Origin: an uncultured Methanosarcinaceae archaeon
GTDB taxonomy: Archaea; Halobacteriota; Methanosarcinia; Methanosarcinales; Methanosarcinaceae
Assembly: GCA_963727895.1 (NCBI GenBank)
Contig: CAVSHT010000003.1
Location: forward strand, 128,001 to 192,000
DNA length: 64,000 nt
Direction: 5' to 3'
Shown here: piece by piece, positions 1 through 10,176 of the stretch
Position numbering within the stretch: the first letter of the stretch is position 1
How the letters are laid out: the number at the start of each line of letters is the position of its first letter
Notes under the pieces: generated by a model
Seen by the model: the letters and a program-made list of their open reading frames with translations, nothing else
What the model was told of the DNA's origin: nothing
Databases searched by the model: none
Translations under genes and position numbers: made by a program

Positions 1-369
1 TGAGTGATATTCCTTATGATATACTAATGGGAATTTAACACCAGAGTCTCTCTAGCTGCAGACATACACCTGCAATTTAGGAGTACGGATTCTTATTACC
101 TTCTTTCTTATATTTATACTTTTCTTTTAACTAAGTTAAATTTAAATTCGATATGAGTAGCCATATATTAAAGCGCTACCAAAATTAAACTATTTATAAT
201 TGTCGTTTTTAGATGTTTTATGTAAAAATAACCTAAATTTTGTTTTTGAGATGATTTGAGGTTCTTATTGAGCTTGTCCAACTGAATTTATGTCATAAAT
301 CATAAAAAAATCATTGTAAATTTTTATTTTTTACACAAGGCCATTTTTAGAATAAGGAATATGACAGAA

Positions 370-1107
370 GGTATTGGTAATCAAAAATAGATATATATGC
401 TTATAACATATATTTCTTCATGAACTGCCCCAAATGCAATAGTTCTAATCACAAAAAGAATGGTATAGTTGGCGGACGTCAACGGTACAAATGCCATGAT
501 TGTGGCTATAACTATACAGTAGAGCTAAAATCAACTGCTTTTTCCGCTTCTGTAAAAAGACAGGCTTTACAACTCTATCTTGAAGGATTGGGCTTTCGCT
601 CAATAGGAAGAGTTTTAGGGGTAAGTCATGTTTCTGTCCAAAAATGGATAAAGAAATTTGGTCAGGAGTTAGAGAACCTAAAAAGTGAAAATGAGATACT
701 ATTGTTGAAATGGATGAAATGCACACTTACATCGGTAACAAAAAAATATTGCTGGATCTGGATTGCTGTTGATAGAGTTGGGAAACAGTTTATCAACTGC
801 TCTTTTGGTAGCAGAGGGACGGAAACTGGAAAACTACTCTGGGAAAAATTGAAGAAAAAAGAGATTGGAGAAGTGATGACAGATCACTGGAGAGCATATG
901 CAGAGTTTCTTCCAGAAAAGAGTCATACTCAATCAAAAGCAAAAACGTATACTGTTGAAGGATATAACAGCATATTGAGGCACTTTTTAGCAAGGTTGAG
1001 AAGAAAGACAAAGTGTTATACGAAGAGTTTTGAAATGCTAAAGTACTCGGTTATTCTATTGATGAAATACAGAAAGAAAGAGTTAACTATGTTTAATTAA
1101 CAATACC
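370..1107 (+). mobile_element. IS1-family insertion sequence, copy 1 (738 bp)
   Basis: Ends GGTATTGG.../...CAATACC; 8-bp direct repeat TGACAGAA at 362-369 and 1108-1115; InsA Zn-ribbon/HTH followed by InsB DDE region. Confidence 0.96.
420..1100 (+). CDS. IS1 transposase, InsA-InsB fused in one frame by two 1-nt deletions; probably defective
   Basis: CPKC...CHDC, HTH, TDHWRAY, VEGYNS; the SIVEMDEMHTYIGN segment of the other copies is replaced by out-of-frame LLLKWMKCTLTSVT. Confidence 0.85.
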   Translation: MNCPKCNSSNHKKNGIVGGRQRYKCHDCGYNYTVELKSTAFSASVKRQALQLYLEGLGFRSIGRVLGVSHVSVQKWIKKFGQELENLKSENEILLLKWMKCTLTSVTKKYCWIWIAVDRVGKQFINCSFGSRGTETGKLLWEKLKKKEIGEVMTDHWRAYAEFLPEKSHTQSKAKTYTVEGYNSILRHFLARLRRKTKCYTKSFEMLKYSVILLMKYRKKELTMFN

Positions 1108-1623
1108 TGACAGAAATATGACCGAAATATGACAGAAATATGGCAACAAAAAATACTACTGAAAAAGACTAATGTTTCATAGATATATGATTATATAAAG
1201 AAAAGTAAATGAAAAAGGAACACATGGTGATGTACAAAGGGAATATAAAGAACCATGATAGGTGGTTGTAGATATGAATGAGGGTTCAAAGGATAAGAGG
1301 AAAATAAATATAATCTTCCGGCCACATATGGTAGAAAGAACCTCAGAATGGAAGCTTTTCAGGTAGTAAACTATATCGTCCCTATCCAGTATTGTGGCAG
1401 GCCTTGGATAAACATTTTTTTGTATATAGATCAATTTAACTCTGGACAAAATCTTTATTTAAATACATTTTTATAAATACCATCATAAATAAAATGGATT
1501 TAAAAGGTGAGTATATTCTATCTTGTTTCATTTTCCAAAGGATGGGAAATATGCAAGCATGTCTGATCACTTTTTATCCATTAATGGCATTAACTTAAGA
1601 TTTTGCATAGGATGGGGATATGA

Positions 1624-2094
1624 TTGAAAGCAATAGTAGTTTATCTTAGTACCTCGGGGAATACAAAAGCTATGGCTGAAGCAATAGCTAGTGGAATTGA
1701 ATCAAAACATGTAGATGCAAAAGCTATTAGCTTTTATGAAGTCAAACTCGAAGACCTTAATGAAGCTGATGCAATTGCAGTTGGTTCTTCTACTTTTTAC
1801 TATAAGATGTTACAGCCTCTGGAAAAATTCATGGACGAAACTCTTGCTTCTACAAACCCAAAAGGGAAATTAGGAGCTGCTTTCGGTTCTTATGGGTGGA
1901 GCGGAGAAGCTCCCATAATAATAGCCGAAAAAATGCGAGAGATGGGAATGGTAGTTATAGATCCTGTACTCAGAATACTTCATAAGCCCACTGATAAGGA
2001 TATACAGGAATGCAAAAGGCTTGGTATCGACATTGCCGAGAAGCTAAAGCATGGAAGCAGCAAAAAGCCGCAGCCACAAAGAGCACCAGGTTAA
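1624..2094 (+). CDS. Flavodoxin domain protein
   Basis: YLSTSGNTKAMA, GSSTF and AFGSYGWSGEA flavodoxin motifs. Confidence 0.9.
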   Translation: MKAIVVYLSTSGNTKAMAEAIASGIESKHVDAKAISFYEVKLEDLNEADAIAVGSSTFYYKMLQPLEKFMDETLASTNPKGKLGAAFGSYGWSGEAPIIIAEKMREMGMVVIDPVLRILHKPTDKDIQECKRLGIDIAEKLKHGSSKKPQPQRAPG

Positions 2095-2399
2095 CTTTGT
2101 TTTTAACGCAATAAGAACAATAAACGCAATAAGAGCAATAAATACAGATTACCTGGTAACACAACCATAAAACGAAATTATTCAGAATTAATTTAATCCA
2201 TAAAAAATCACCAAAGACATGGAAAACTATAAAAATATGCCAATTTTTCCATATATTTTTAGTGATATGAACTTATTTTATTTTTAGAGTTATAAAATTA
2301 ATTTAATATTAATGTTTATATATATAGTTGTATATAAATTTATTTAGTTATTTAGTTATTGTACTTTATATAGTTATTTATTTATTTATTTATTGTACT

Positions 2400-3197
2400 T
2401 TATTCATGAGGCACCTGAGTAATCTGTGTGGAATTTTTGAGCAGCTCTTCAAAAAGTTCATTTCCGAAGTTAAGGGCTGAAGATTCATAACTTACCAGGC
2501 TTTCTCTATCGAAATGCTTCTTATTTTTTGGGAAAAGAGAAAACATGGTAAATCTGTCGGTTACTGTAAGATTAGCGATTCTGAGGTCTCCAGAGTAAAG
2601 GAAAAACTTCACGTTTTCTAAAGCCAGAATATTCCGAAAGTCTTCAGGGTAATCCTTTGAGTAATACTGAAAAACAGATTTGGAAATAAGAAAGGAGAGT
2701 TTAACTCCACTTTTGCCAAGTTCCTGGCATATAGAAATAAGTGAGGGATCAAAATAAGCTATGCATTCAAGAATAACATTAGATTTAGATAGGTTTTCAA
2801 CGATTTCTGGATCAAGCTCGAACATTCTCTCTAGATCGGGCTGAATCAATTTACATTTATTGAGCTCTCCAAGCCGTTTTCGGAAAAGAAGAGGAATTCC
2901 CTGCAAATCTCTTTCAGTCCAGTAATCAAAATTATCCTCAAAGACTTCAATTATGCTGACGAAAGGTTGCATTTTTTCAACAAGTACTTTTCCTATAAGC
3001 GAGAGCTTGTAGTTTTTGTCTTCTTGAATAACTAGTGATTTTTCTTTTAATTTCTTTATCTGCGGTAGGATGGCAGTGGACTTTACGTTAAGGGATTCCT
3101 TGATTTCATCCATGTTTTTTGGCCCGTCTTTAAGAAATAACAATAACTGCTTTCGCTTGTCAGAAAGAAAAATCAGCTCTAAAAGTTCTAGTTGCAA
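2400..3197 (-). CDS. ArsR-like wHTH + DUF1724 transcriptional regulator (COG4742 type)
   Basis: N-terminal SDKRKQLLLFL..GP wHTH, ILPQIKKL; C-terminal FDYW...VTD...FGNELF; paralogue of 5863-6654. Confidence 0.85.
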   Translation of the reverse strand: MQLELLELIFLSDKRKQLLLFLKDGPKNMDEIKESLNVKSTAILPQIKKLKEKSLVIQEDKNYKLSLIGKVLVEKMQPFVSIIEVFEDNFDYWTERDLQGIPLLFRKRLGELNKCKLIQPDLERMFELDPEIVENLSKSNVILECIAYFDPSLISICQELGKSGVKLSFLISKSVFQYYSKDYPEDFRNILALENVKFFLYSGDLRIANLTVTDRFTMFSLFPKNKKHFDRESLVSYESSALNFGNELFEELLKNSTQITQVPHE

Positions 3198-3607
3198 CCC
3201 TTTAGTCTCCTTTCAAATTTTCTGTGACTAAAAAGATTAGAGATATCAAAGGTATATAAGTTACTACTGTTTTTATTATTTTGTTTATATATACTATCAA
3301 TATCTTTTATATTAGTTTTTTTATCCAGAATATAATCCGAAAATAAGGAGCAGACAAAAAGTGACTTAACATGTTTTAATAAACAAAATACTTACTATAA
3401 AAACATGCAAACCATTTATAATAAAAACAGATGGGGTCTCTCTGACTTGAAACACTCACGCTATTGTTCAAGGTCAGGGAGCCTACTCAAGCTCTTTAAT
3501 TTGAATATTTTAGCTGAAACTGGATAACTTGTAATTCAAATATATGAGACTATTTTTGTGGCTTTATCTGTACTCAAGGATTTTATGGAAATTCTAACCT
3601 GTGTTAT

Positions 3608-4015
3608 TCAGGCGGAAGCTTCCTTGGTCAGGATATAAGCAATCATCTCAGGATTGAGTTTGCTTTCCCTTGAGACTTTTTCTTCAATTCTCTCGGCAGG
3701 CGTACCCTCAGATTTCAGTTCCCTTATTTTCTCAATAACTGAAGATGGAATGCTGTAGTATTCATTAATGTCTTTCCTGTGACCCCATACATCGCCTTCA
3801 ATAAGCTGAATCCTCTGCATCTCAAGGAACATTTCTATAGATTTTGATACCGTGCGCCTGTAAGATTTGGGTAATTGAATGACTTCAATTTTCGGACAGG
3901 TTTCAACCAGTGCAAAAATGTCTTTGTTCGAAGGTCTAAAGGCTAAGTGAACAACACGTTCATTAGGATTAAGAGTGAATATTTCCTCTCTAGAACTAAC
4001 TACTCGTATCTTCAT
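3608..4015 (-). CDS. DUF1699 family protein
   Basis: MKIRVVSSREEI..LNPNE.VVHLAFRPSN and GDVWGHRKD, typical Methanosarcinales family. Confidence 0.85.
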   Translation of the reverse strand: MKIRVVSSREEIFTLNPNERVVHLAFRPSNKDIFALVETCPKIEVIQLPKSYRRTVSKSIEMFLEMQRIQLIEGDVWGHRKDINEYYSIPSSVIEKIRELKSEGTPAERIEEKVSRESKLNPEMIAYILTKEASA

Positions 4016-4506
4016 GTATTTAATTCCCCCACTATAAAGTTCTCAGTTTTTACCTCAATATAATCTATATAGACTTATTATAAATATTTATCTGCCCGCC
4101 CATTTATTATTTACACAGTAATTCAGGTTTCTATATTCATTCTTATAGTGTATTCTATAGTTTATTTAACTTTAAATTGACCTTACTATTCCTTTTGTTA
4201 TATTTGTCGTTGGCGTTAATTTAGAGAATTATTCTAATATTGTTAGGTCTTATTACTTTGAGGCTAGTACCTCCTTAAAATGCTATTCACTATCATTAGT
4301 GTTCTAGAATATACAAAAATGAGAAAATAAGAGAAAAGCCTACAAGCCTATCTATTAGGAAGATCCAAAGGCCTATGGAGCTGGACTGTAGACCGAATCT
4401 CTCAAAGGGATATGTCAAAAGCATTTAAATCTATCACTAGTAATTTAACAAGTTAGATTTTAACCTACAATTAAATTGCTTTTGATATTATTGCACAGAA
4501 CTATAG

Positions 4507-5022
4507 TTACGCAAATGGGTGGTTTGCAGTATCTTTTTTAGCAAGTGCTTCTTCGACAGAAGGCTTACCTTCCATAGCCCTTAATATCGCAAGCTTTGTT
4601 GCCTCATAGTTATATTCATAAACTTTGTCCTTGTCTTTTGCGTCCCATTCAATAAATACGGAAACTATAATAAAAGTGTCATCAGCCTGTTCTTCAGGGA
4701 GCACGCCATCAGCTACAGAATCCATGACTGCCTTTGCAATCGCAGCTTGAGCAGGTCCGAACATAAGGGCTGCTTGCGAAACATTTTTTATAGTCACTTT
4801 GTTTACTAGGAGAGTTACAGGTTTGGGCTGGACATTTGGTTCCAGGACTGCAAGAAGTGGGGTATGGCCCTGTCTGGGCATTGCAAGTGAATTAATAAAT
4901 GCTGTTTCAACTGGTCCTCCTCTAGGTCCGATAACAAGATCTATGTGTGCAACTTCAGGACCGGAACCAACGAGAGCTTCTCCTATCATACTTTTTAATA
5001 TATTTTTCACCATATTTAACAC
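4507..5022 (-). CDS. fae: Formaldehyde-activating enzyme (stand-alone Fae)
   Basis: IGEALVGSGPEVAHIDL, GHTPLLAVLEPN, NKVTIK, FGPAQAAIAKAV, YNYEATKLAI, HPF. Confidence 0.95.
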   Translation of the reverse strand: MLNMVKNILKSMIGEALVGSGPEVAHIDLVIGPRGGPVETAFINSLAMPRQGHTPLLAVLEPNVQPKPVTLLVNKVTIKNVSQAALMFGPAQAAIAKAVMDSVADGVLPEEQADDTFIIVSVFIEWDAKDKDKVYEYNYEATKLAILRAMEGKPSVEEALAKKDTANHPFA

Positions 5023-5135
5023 CTCAGCTTATATACGAAAGAAAGCTTAATACCCAAAATCGCCGGAAAGAAAGGTAATTCTTTTCCAGATTCATCAATA
5101 AGATAGCGAATAGGTATTCAGACATAATATGTTCC

Positions 5136-5162
5136 TATTACAGGAAATGGTTTTCTGTAATA
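5136..5162. promoter_or_regulatory. Inverted repeat upstream of fae, candidate operator
   Basis: TATTACAG-N11-CTGTAATA, between a TATA-like element (~5177-5184, minus strand) and the fae start. Confidence 0.4.
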
Positions 5163-5392
5163 CTAAATATACACATACATAAATAATTTGGTAATTCTAT
5201 TCTTTATGACAATGAAATCTCGATTTTGGAATAATTAATGAGCTTTTTGTAGGCAGTATTTTTTATATTATATATTGGAAAATAAAATTGGTTTTGAAAT
5301 CATCTTTAAAATAGATAGCTCTAAAATGAAGCTTTAATAGGTAATATCTGTTGTAATCCACAATAACATTATTTAACTCTTAAACTAGTTGT

Positions 5393-5683
5393 TTAAAAAG
5401 AAATGTCTGAAAGGATCTCAAGTCTTTTATTCCAGTGATCTAAACCTCTTTTTGCTGCATACCAATCGAAAAAGCTGCTTTCTTTACTTATATTTTCATT
5501 TTTGAACTTTTTCCGGAGCTCATTAGAACTAAACCCTACTTTTGTTTCGAAATCTCTGCAGATTGCAGTATAACGTTTGACTTTATATTTTGCAACATGT
5601 TTTTCGTGTTCAAGAGCTGATTGGATAGTTTCAGTCACTTCCTGAGGTGAGAAACTGGTGTTGATATTGATCGTAATACTCAT
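5393..5683 (-). CDS. Small helical protein, antitoxin-like; paralogue of 6967-7257
   Basis: FE.K.G.SS.E....F...F.W pattern; shares SALEHEKH.AKYK and WYAAKRGLDHW with 6967-7257. Confidence 0.65.
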   Translation of the reverse strand: MSITININTSFSPQEVTETIQSALEHEKHVAKYKVKRYTAICRDFETKVGFSSNELRKKFKNENISKESSFFDWYAAKRGLDHWNKRLEILSDISF

Positions 5684-5862
5684 ATGTACCCCATAAAATT
5701 AGTCATCGATTACAATCTATAATTAGAAATTAATTGATTTATACTTTTTAGCTATTACAAAGTTTCTATTTATTTCTATATTACCAGTTTTCTAAAAATT
5801 AGACTTGTTGTGCAGAGAACTTCGTATTAAAGATTTTCCAAAAAAGTTGTAAAGACTGAAAT

Positions 5863-6654
5863 TTAAATCTCTTTTACCTCAATAGCTTCTTTTTGCATAT
5901 GTAAAAAAAGGTCAGTGCCCCATTTGAGGGCTTGTTGCTCGGAACTGAATAAGCTTTCGTGTTCAAAAGACTTTACTTGAGGGAAAACAGTAAGCAAAAA
6001 AAATCTGTCTGTAACCGTAAAACCTGCAAGTTTCGAATTTTTTGGGAAAAGAGAAAGATTTACGTGGTCAGACTCAATCAGAGTTTGCAAGTTTTCACTG
6101 TAATCAGCTTTAAACCTATTTAGCACGGGTTCGGTGAGCATTAAAGAAATCTCGATCTTGTTTTTTTCAATTTCCTTATAGAGAGATATATAAGAAGGAT
6201 GAAAATAAGAACTGAAACCTAAGATCTGTCTCGAAAGGAAAAGATTTTCCACAAATTTAGGGTCAAGTTCAAACATATGACTCAGATCAGGACGGATAAG
6301 TTTACAGTTTTTCAATTCATATATCCTATTTCTTAAAACCTGAGGAATTCCTTCTAAATTTCGTCGTGACCAGTAGTCAAAGTTATCTTCGAGTACTTCC
6401 AGAGTCTCCAAAAGAGGTGGCATTTTTTCTACAATTACCTTCCCCATAACAGAAAGCTCATAAGTATGATTTTTCTGTATCACCAATTTTCGGTCCTTAA
6501 GTTTTTTTAGTTGTGGAAGAATTGCAACCGAATCTGTACAGAGATGTTCCTGGATGTCACTTATGGACCTGGGCCTATCTTTGAGAAAAATCAGAAGGTT
6601 CCTTCGTCTTTCAGACCGAAAGATAAGTTCCATTAATCCGATTTTTGTGCCCAT
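5863..6654 (-). CDS. ArsR-like wHTH + DUF1724 transcriptional regulator (COG4742 type)
   Basis: SERRRNLLIFLKD.P, ILPQLKKL, DNFDYW, MFELDP shared with 2400-3197. Confidence 0.85.
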   Translation of the reverse strand: MGTKIGLMELIFRSERRRNLLIFLKDRPRSISDIQEHLCTDSVAILPQLKKLKDRKLVIQKNHTYELSVMGKVIVEKMPPLLETLEVLEDNFDYWSRRNLEGIPQVLRNRIYELKNCKLIRPDLSHMFELDPKFVENLFLSRQILGFSSYFHPSYISLYKEIEKNKIEISLMLTEPVLNRFKADYSENLQTLIESDHVNLSLFPKNSKLAGFTVTDRFFLLTVFPQVKSFEHESLFSSEQQALKWGTDLFLHMQKEAIEVKEI

Positions 6655-6966
6655 CTTAACACCATAAAAACTAACAATGCGAATATAGTGTGGAAGTTAT
6701 ATATACATTTTCATTAATTTTCAAAATGCTAAAGAGTATTTTATGGGGACGAAAAGCATTTAAAGAGATCTAAACACTAAATTAATGTTATATTTATTCT
6801 TAAACTGCCTTACTTTACAACTAAAGTTAATTATGAAACAACTTTGAACAATTTGAGGAACTATTTATGCTCAAAGTTGTCTTTAGTATAATACAAAAAC
6901 ATAATAATATATATCAAGAAGTAGTTTTTAATTGCTTACAAAGAAGTGTATAAGTTTGTGAATAAT

Positions 6967-7257
6967 TTATAATCTAATATTTTTGAGAAGAGCTAACCTT
7001 TTTTTCCAGTGGTCAAGTCCTCGCTTTGCAGCATACCACTCAAAATACTTATCCTCACCGACAAGTTCTCCAGCTTCAAATCTTTGTATGAATTCTGTAG
7101 AAATCAGATCATAAAGATCCTCAAATTTGTCGCAGATCATTGAGTAACGATCTATCTTGTATTTTGCAAGATGTTTCTCATGTTCCAGGGCCGAGTGAAT
7201 AGCCTCGCTTGCTTCCTGAAGCGAGTAATCGGTATCAATCTGCAAAGTGATATCCAT
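6967..7257 (-). CDS. Small helical protein, antitoxin-like; paralogue of 5393-5683
   Basis: Same length (96 aa) and shared motifs. Confidence 0.65.
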   Translation of the reverse strand: MDITLQIDTDYSLQEASEAIHSALEHEKHLAKYKIDRYSMICDKFEDLYDLISTEFIQRFEAGELVGEDKYFEWYAAKRGLDHWKKRLALLKNIRL

Positions 7258-7665
7258 GTTTATCCCATAGAAGAGTTATTGCTGATACTAAAAAATCATT
7301 ATATATCTCTTTTTCTATTTGTAGATAAGGTACTTTTTTATGGGTCACATCTTACTTGCACCTTATGTTTTCACAAACTAATAATCTTTTACCTCCTTTG
7401 AGGGAAAATATTATTTAAAAGGTTTGCCGATTTTCTTAATAAAAATCCAGAATATTAACCGGGAATGGTTCTAAAACGCAAAAACAATATCAAAGATCAC
7501 ATCGAATCTCAAATACAAGAATATCAAAAATACTATGAAGAGAGATCGGAAGATATTAAGAAGAGTAAAATAAGAGAAAATAAAAAGAAAAATAGGAAAA
7601 TGAAAAAATTCAGAACAGATAGCTTTTGTAGAAAGTGTCTGTTTTAATGTAAAGATACACAGTTA

Positions 7666-7902
7666 TTAGTTCTTCACTACTGCGGGAATTTTCCCTGAAT
7701 TCTCCAGGTTTCTGTAAACGAATGCTGAAGAGTAAGCAAGCAGCATGAACTTAAAACCCACGAGAAAATCCATCTCGATGAACTTTAAAATCATACCTAC
7801 GAAGAACGTAAACTGTATGGCACACAGAACCACTCCGGTTACTGTAAACATCTTTTGACTACTACTATCACTACTGTCTGGATCATCGGATTCTTCTGAC
7901 AT
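7666..7902 (-). CDS. Small hypothetical membrane protein
   Basis: Two hydrophobic helices; GAGG-type RBS upstream. Confidence 0.6.
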   Translation of the reverse strand: MSEESDDPDSSDSSSQKMFTVTGVVLCAIQFTFFVGMILKFIEMDFLVGFKFMLLAYSSAFVYRNLENSGKIPAVVKN

Positions 7903-8838
7903 CTTGTTTCAAACCTCGCAAATAAAGGTGCTAAGAGTACTCTTTATTAGCTTGTGTCTTAGTTTGTTTTTATTTGTTCTAATTTGGTTTTGTGTTTTAT
8001 TATCAAGCCTTACTGCAAGCAGGTTTCAACGAACTCAAAAATTAAATAGGGTCCTCGTAGAAGCATATTGACTTGCTCTTATAGAGATCCAAAAATGAGA
8101 AAAAAGCTGAAAACTCCAATGGATGCATCTGAAGATTCAGTTTTACATTGATCCTCTGGTGCAACATTATTTGAAAAAACACTCTCCGAATTAGAGACTT
8201 TTATACAGTATCTATATTTCTTGTGGATGGTATATATAACTTGCGAGGAAACACAGGAGAATAACGGGATTGATACTGATTTTCTAATTACTTCTTTGAA
8301 ATTCACAATCAATTTCGAGATTATATCCATCTTTCTATTTCATATATCCAAAGTATTATTTTGCTGCGCATACCAGTCAACGAAAATAGATTTTCTCCAA
8401 CTTATTATAAATTTCATTTTTGTATAGATAGATACTAACCTATAATTCAACTTTTAGGTAAATAATCAACTCCATTCAGCTTTTTTAACTAAAATATCGT
8501 TTGAAATATATGTTTAACAAAAACTGACCAATTTAACCTATTTTTGCATATTCATAATTTAATTTACTAAATAATTAATGGTAATTAGATTTTTTAAGAA
8601 ATATAGGTTCATTAAAGTTATAATCTCATGATTAATACACTTATTTGATTTTGAATTTAACTAATTCATAATTTTTTTGATAGGGGGTTCGGGAATTTAT
8701 GAGAAGTACAAAATGAGGCTTTTACTTTTTCATCTCAGCTATCTTGATTTATTTTTTCCTTGCCGCCTCTCAAAGATCGATAACAGTGTCAATAAAGAGT
8801 ATAACAAATTTTCAATTTGAAATAAATGAATAAGTCTT

Positions 8839-9291
8839 GTGAGAATGTTTATGAAGAATATATTAAAAGCCATAGCAGTATTCCTCTTCATCATTACTAT
8901 TGTCTTAGCAGCCGGCTGTACTGAAAAAATCGGCAGCAAAGGTAAATCTAAGGCAAATACTAACCTTATAACAGATCAGGTAGTAACCGAAGCTGACAGC
9001 GGAAAAACGATTTCCCTAAATAAAGGAGAAAAGTTTACTGTTAGCCTTAAAGAAGAGCCATCATCAGGTTATTTATGGGAACTTAACCTGAGCAATGGGC
9101 TGAGTATTCTTGAAGATACATATATAGAAAGTCTAAACCCTCAACACATTGCAGGTATCCCCGGAACTCATTTATGGATAATTGAAGCCACATCTCCGGG
9201 CAGCCAGAAGATAACTGGCATATATAAAAAGTCCTGGGAGAAGCCAACCGGCAATGAAGAGAAATTCACATTAACTGTTGAGGTTGAGTGA
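8839..9291 (+). CDS. Protease inhibitor I42 (chagasin) family lipoprotein; start may be 8851
   Basis: Lipobox LAAGC; L.E.PSSGY.W, G.PG...W, Y.KSWE chagasin motifs. Confidence 0.85.
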   Translation: MRMFMKNILKAIAVFLFIITIVLAAGCTEKIGSKGKSKANTNLITDQVVTEADSGKTISLNKGEKFTVSLKEEPSSGYLWELNLSNGLSILEDTYIESLNPQHIAGIPGTHLWIIEATSPGSQKITGIYKKSWEKPTGNEEKFTLTVEVE

Positions 9292-9686
9292 GAGGAGTTT
9301 TTACTTTTCAGGTTACATTTTTTTTATTTGAAAGATTTGTGGAGCTGAAAACTTTTGTGATCTTTACAAACTTGAAAATACTCTATAATATCACTGATAG
9401 AAGTTTCTTTTTCATGTGTTCAAATCTATACTACCTTCTTCCGTAATCCAATTTGTCACTCTCTTCAATGTACTCCTATGCTTAATTCTCATTTATCAGG
9501 CTTCTTCAAGGATTAAATCCGAAATCTTCTTTTAACTTCTTCTATATTAACGAAAGATTGTGGTTCAACCACATCTAAAGGCTAATTATCAATAATCTAT
9601 ACTATGTTCTAATAATCTTTTGTATAAAGAGTCATAGGTTTATTATGACTGAATAGTTACAGAAAAAAGCAAAAGATGGGAAAGAA

Positions 9687-10085
9687 ATGAAACATTTAGA
9701 AGTTGTAGCAGGGATAATCATTTATGAGGATCAAATTCTTTGTATGCAAAGAGATGCTAAAAAATATGATAATTTGTCTTATAAGTATGAGTTTCCTGGG
9801 GGTAAAGTTGAGCCTGGAGAAACAAAGATTCAAGCCCTGATTCGCGAACTACGTGAAGAAATGGAGATTGAAATAAACATATATGAAAATGACTTTTTTA
9901 TGACAGTGATCCACCAGTACCCAGATTTTGAAGTCACTATGCACAGCTATATTTGCCGAGTAAGTAATCCTGAATTCATCAGAAAAGAACATATTAATCA
10001 TGTATGGTTAAAACGCTCAGACATCGGCAAACTAGATTGGGCACCCGCAGATCAATCGATTGTAACAAAATTGATGTCGAAGTGA
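9687..10085 (+). CDS. MutT/Nudix hydrolase
   Basis: Nudix box GGKVEPGET..QALIRELREEM; EH and WAPAD motifs. Confidence 0.92.
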   Translation: MKHLEVVAGIIIYEDQILCMQRDAKKYDNLSYKYEFPGGKVEPGETKIQALIRELREEMEIEINIYENDFFMTVIHQYPDFEVTMHSYICRVSNPEFIRKEHINHVWLKRSDIGKLDWAPADQSIVTKLMSK

Positions 10086-10176
10086 TAATACGCATAATCG
10101 TAAAAAACTACAAAATGGAATAGAATATGGCTTTTTAGATTCTTCCATTATAGTACTTGAAGAATATAAGACCAGG

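Noticed and set aside
1..65. Minus-strand ATG with GGTG RBS and an in-frame TAG at codon 14
   Set aside because: Runs off the window edge and is too short to call a gene or a read-through case.
1108..1150. 11-bp ATATGACAGAA-like repeats beside IS copy 1, and similar short tandems at 2105-2140 and 18323-18360
   Set aside because: Short degenerate intergenic duplications with no evidence of function beyond supplying the IS target.
8079..8427. Overlapping short ORFs, possible gene remnant (also 1177-1449, 7465-7647)
   Set aside because: No recognisable motifs or RBS; cannot be supported without a search.
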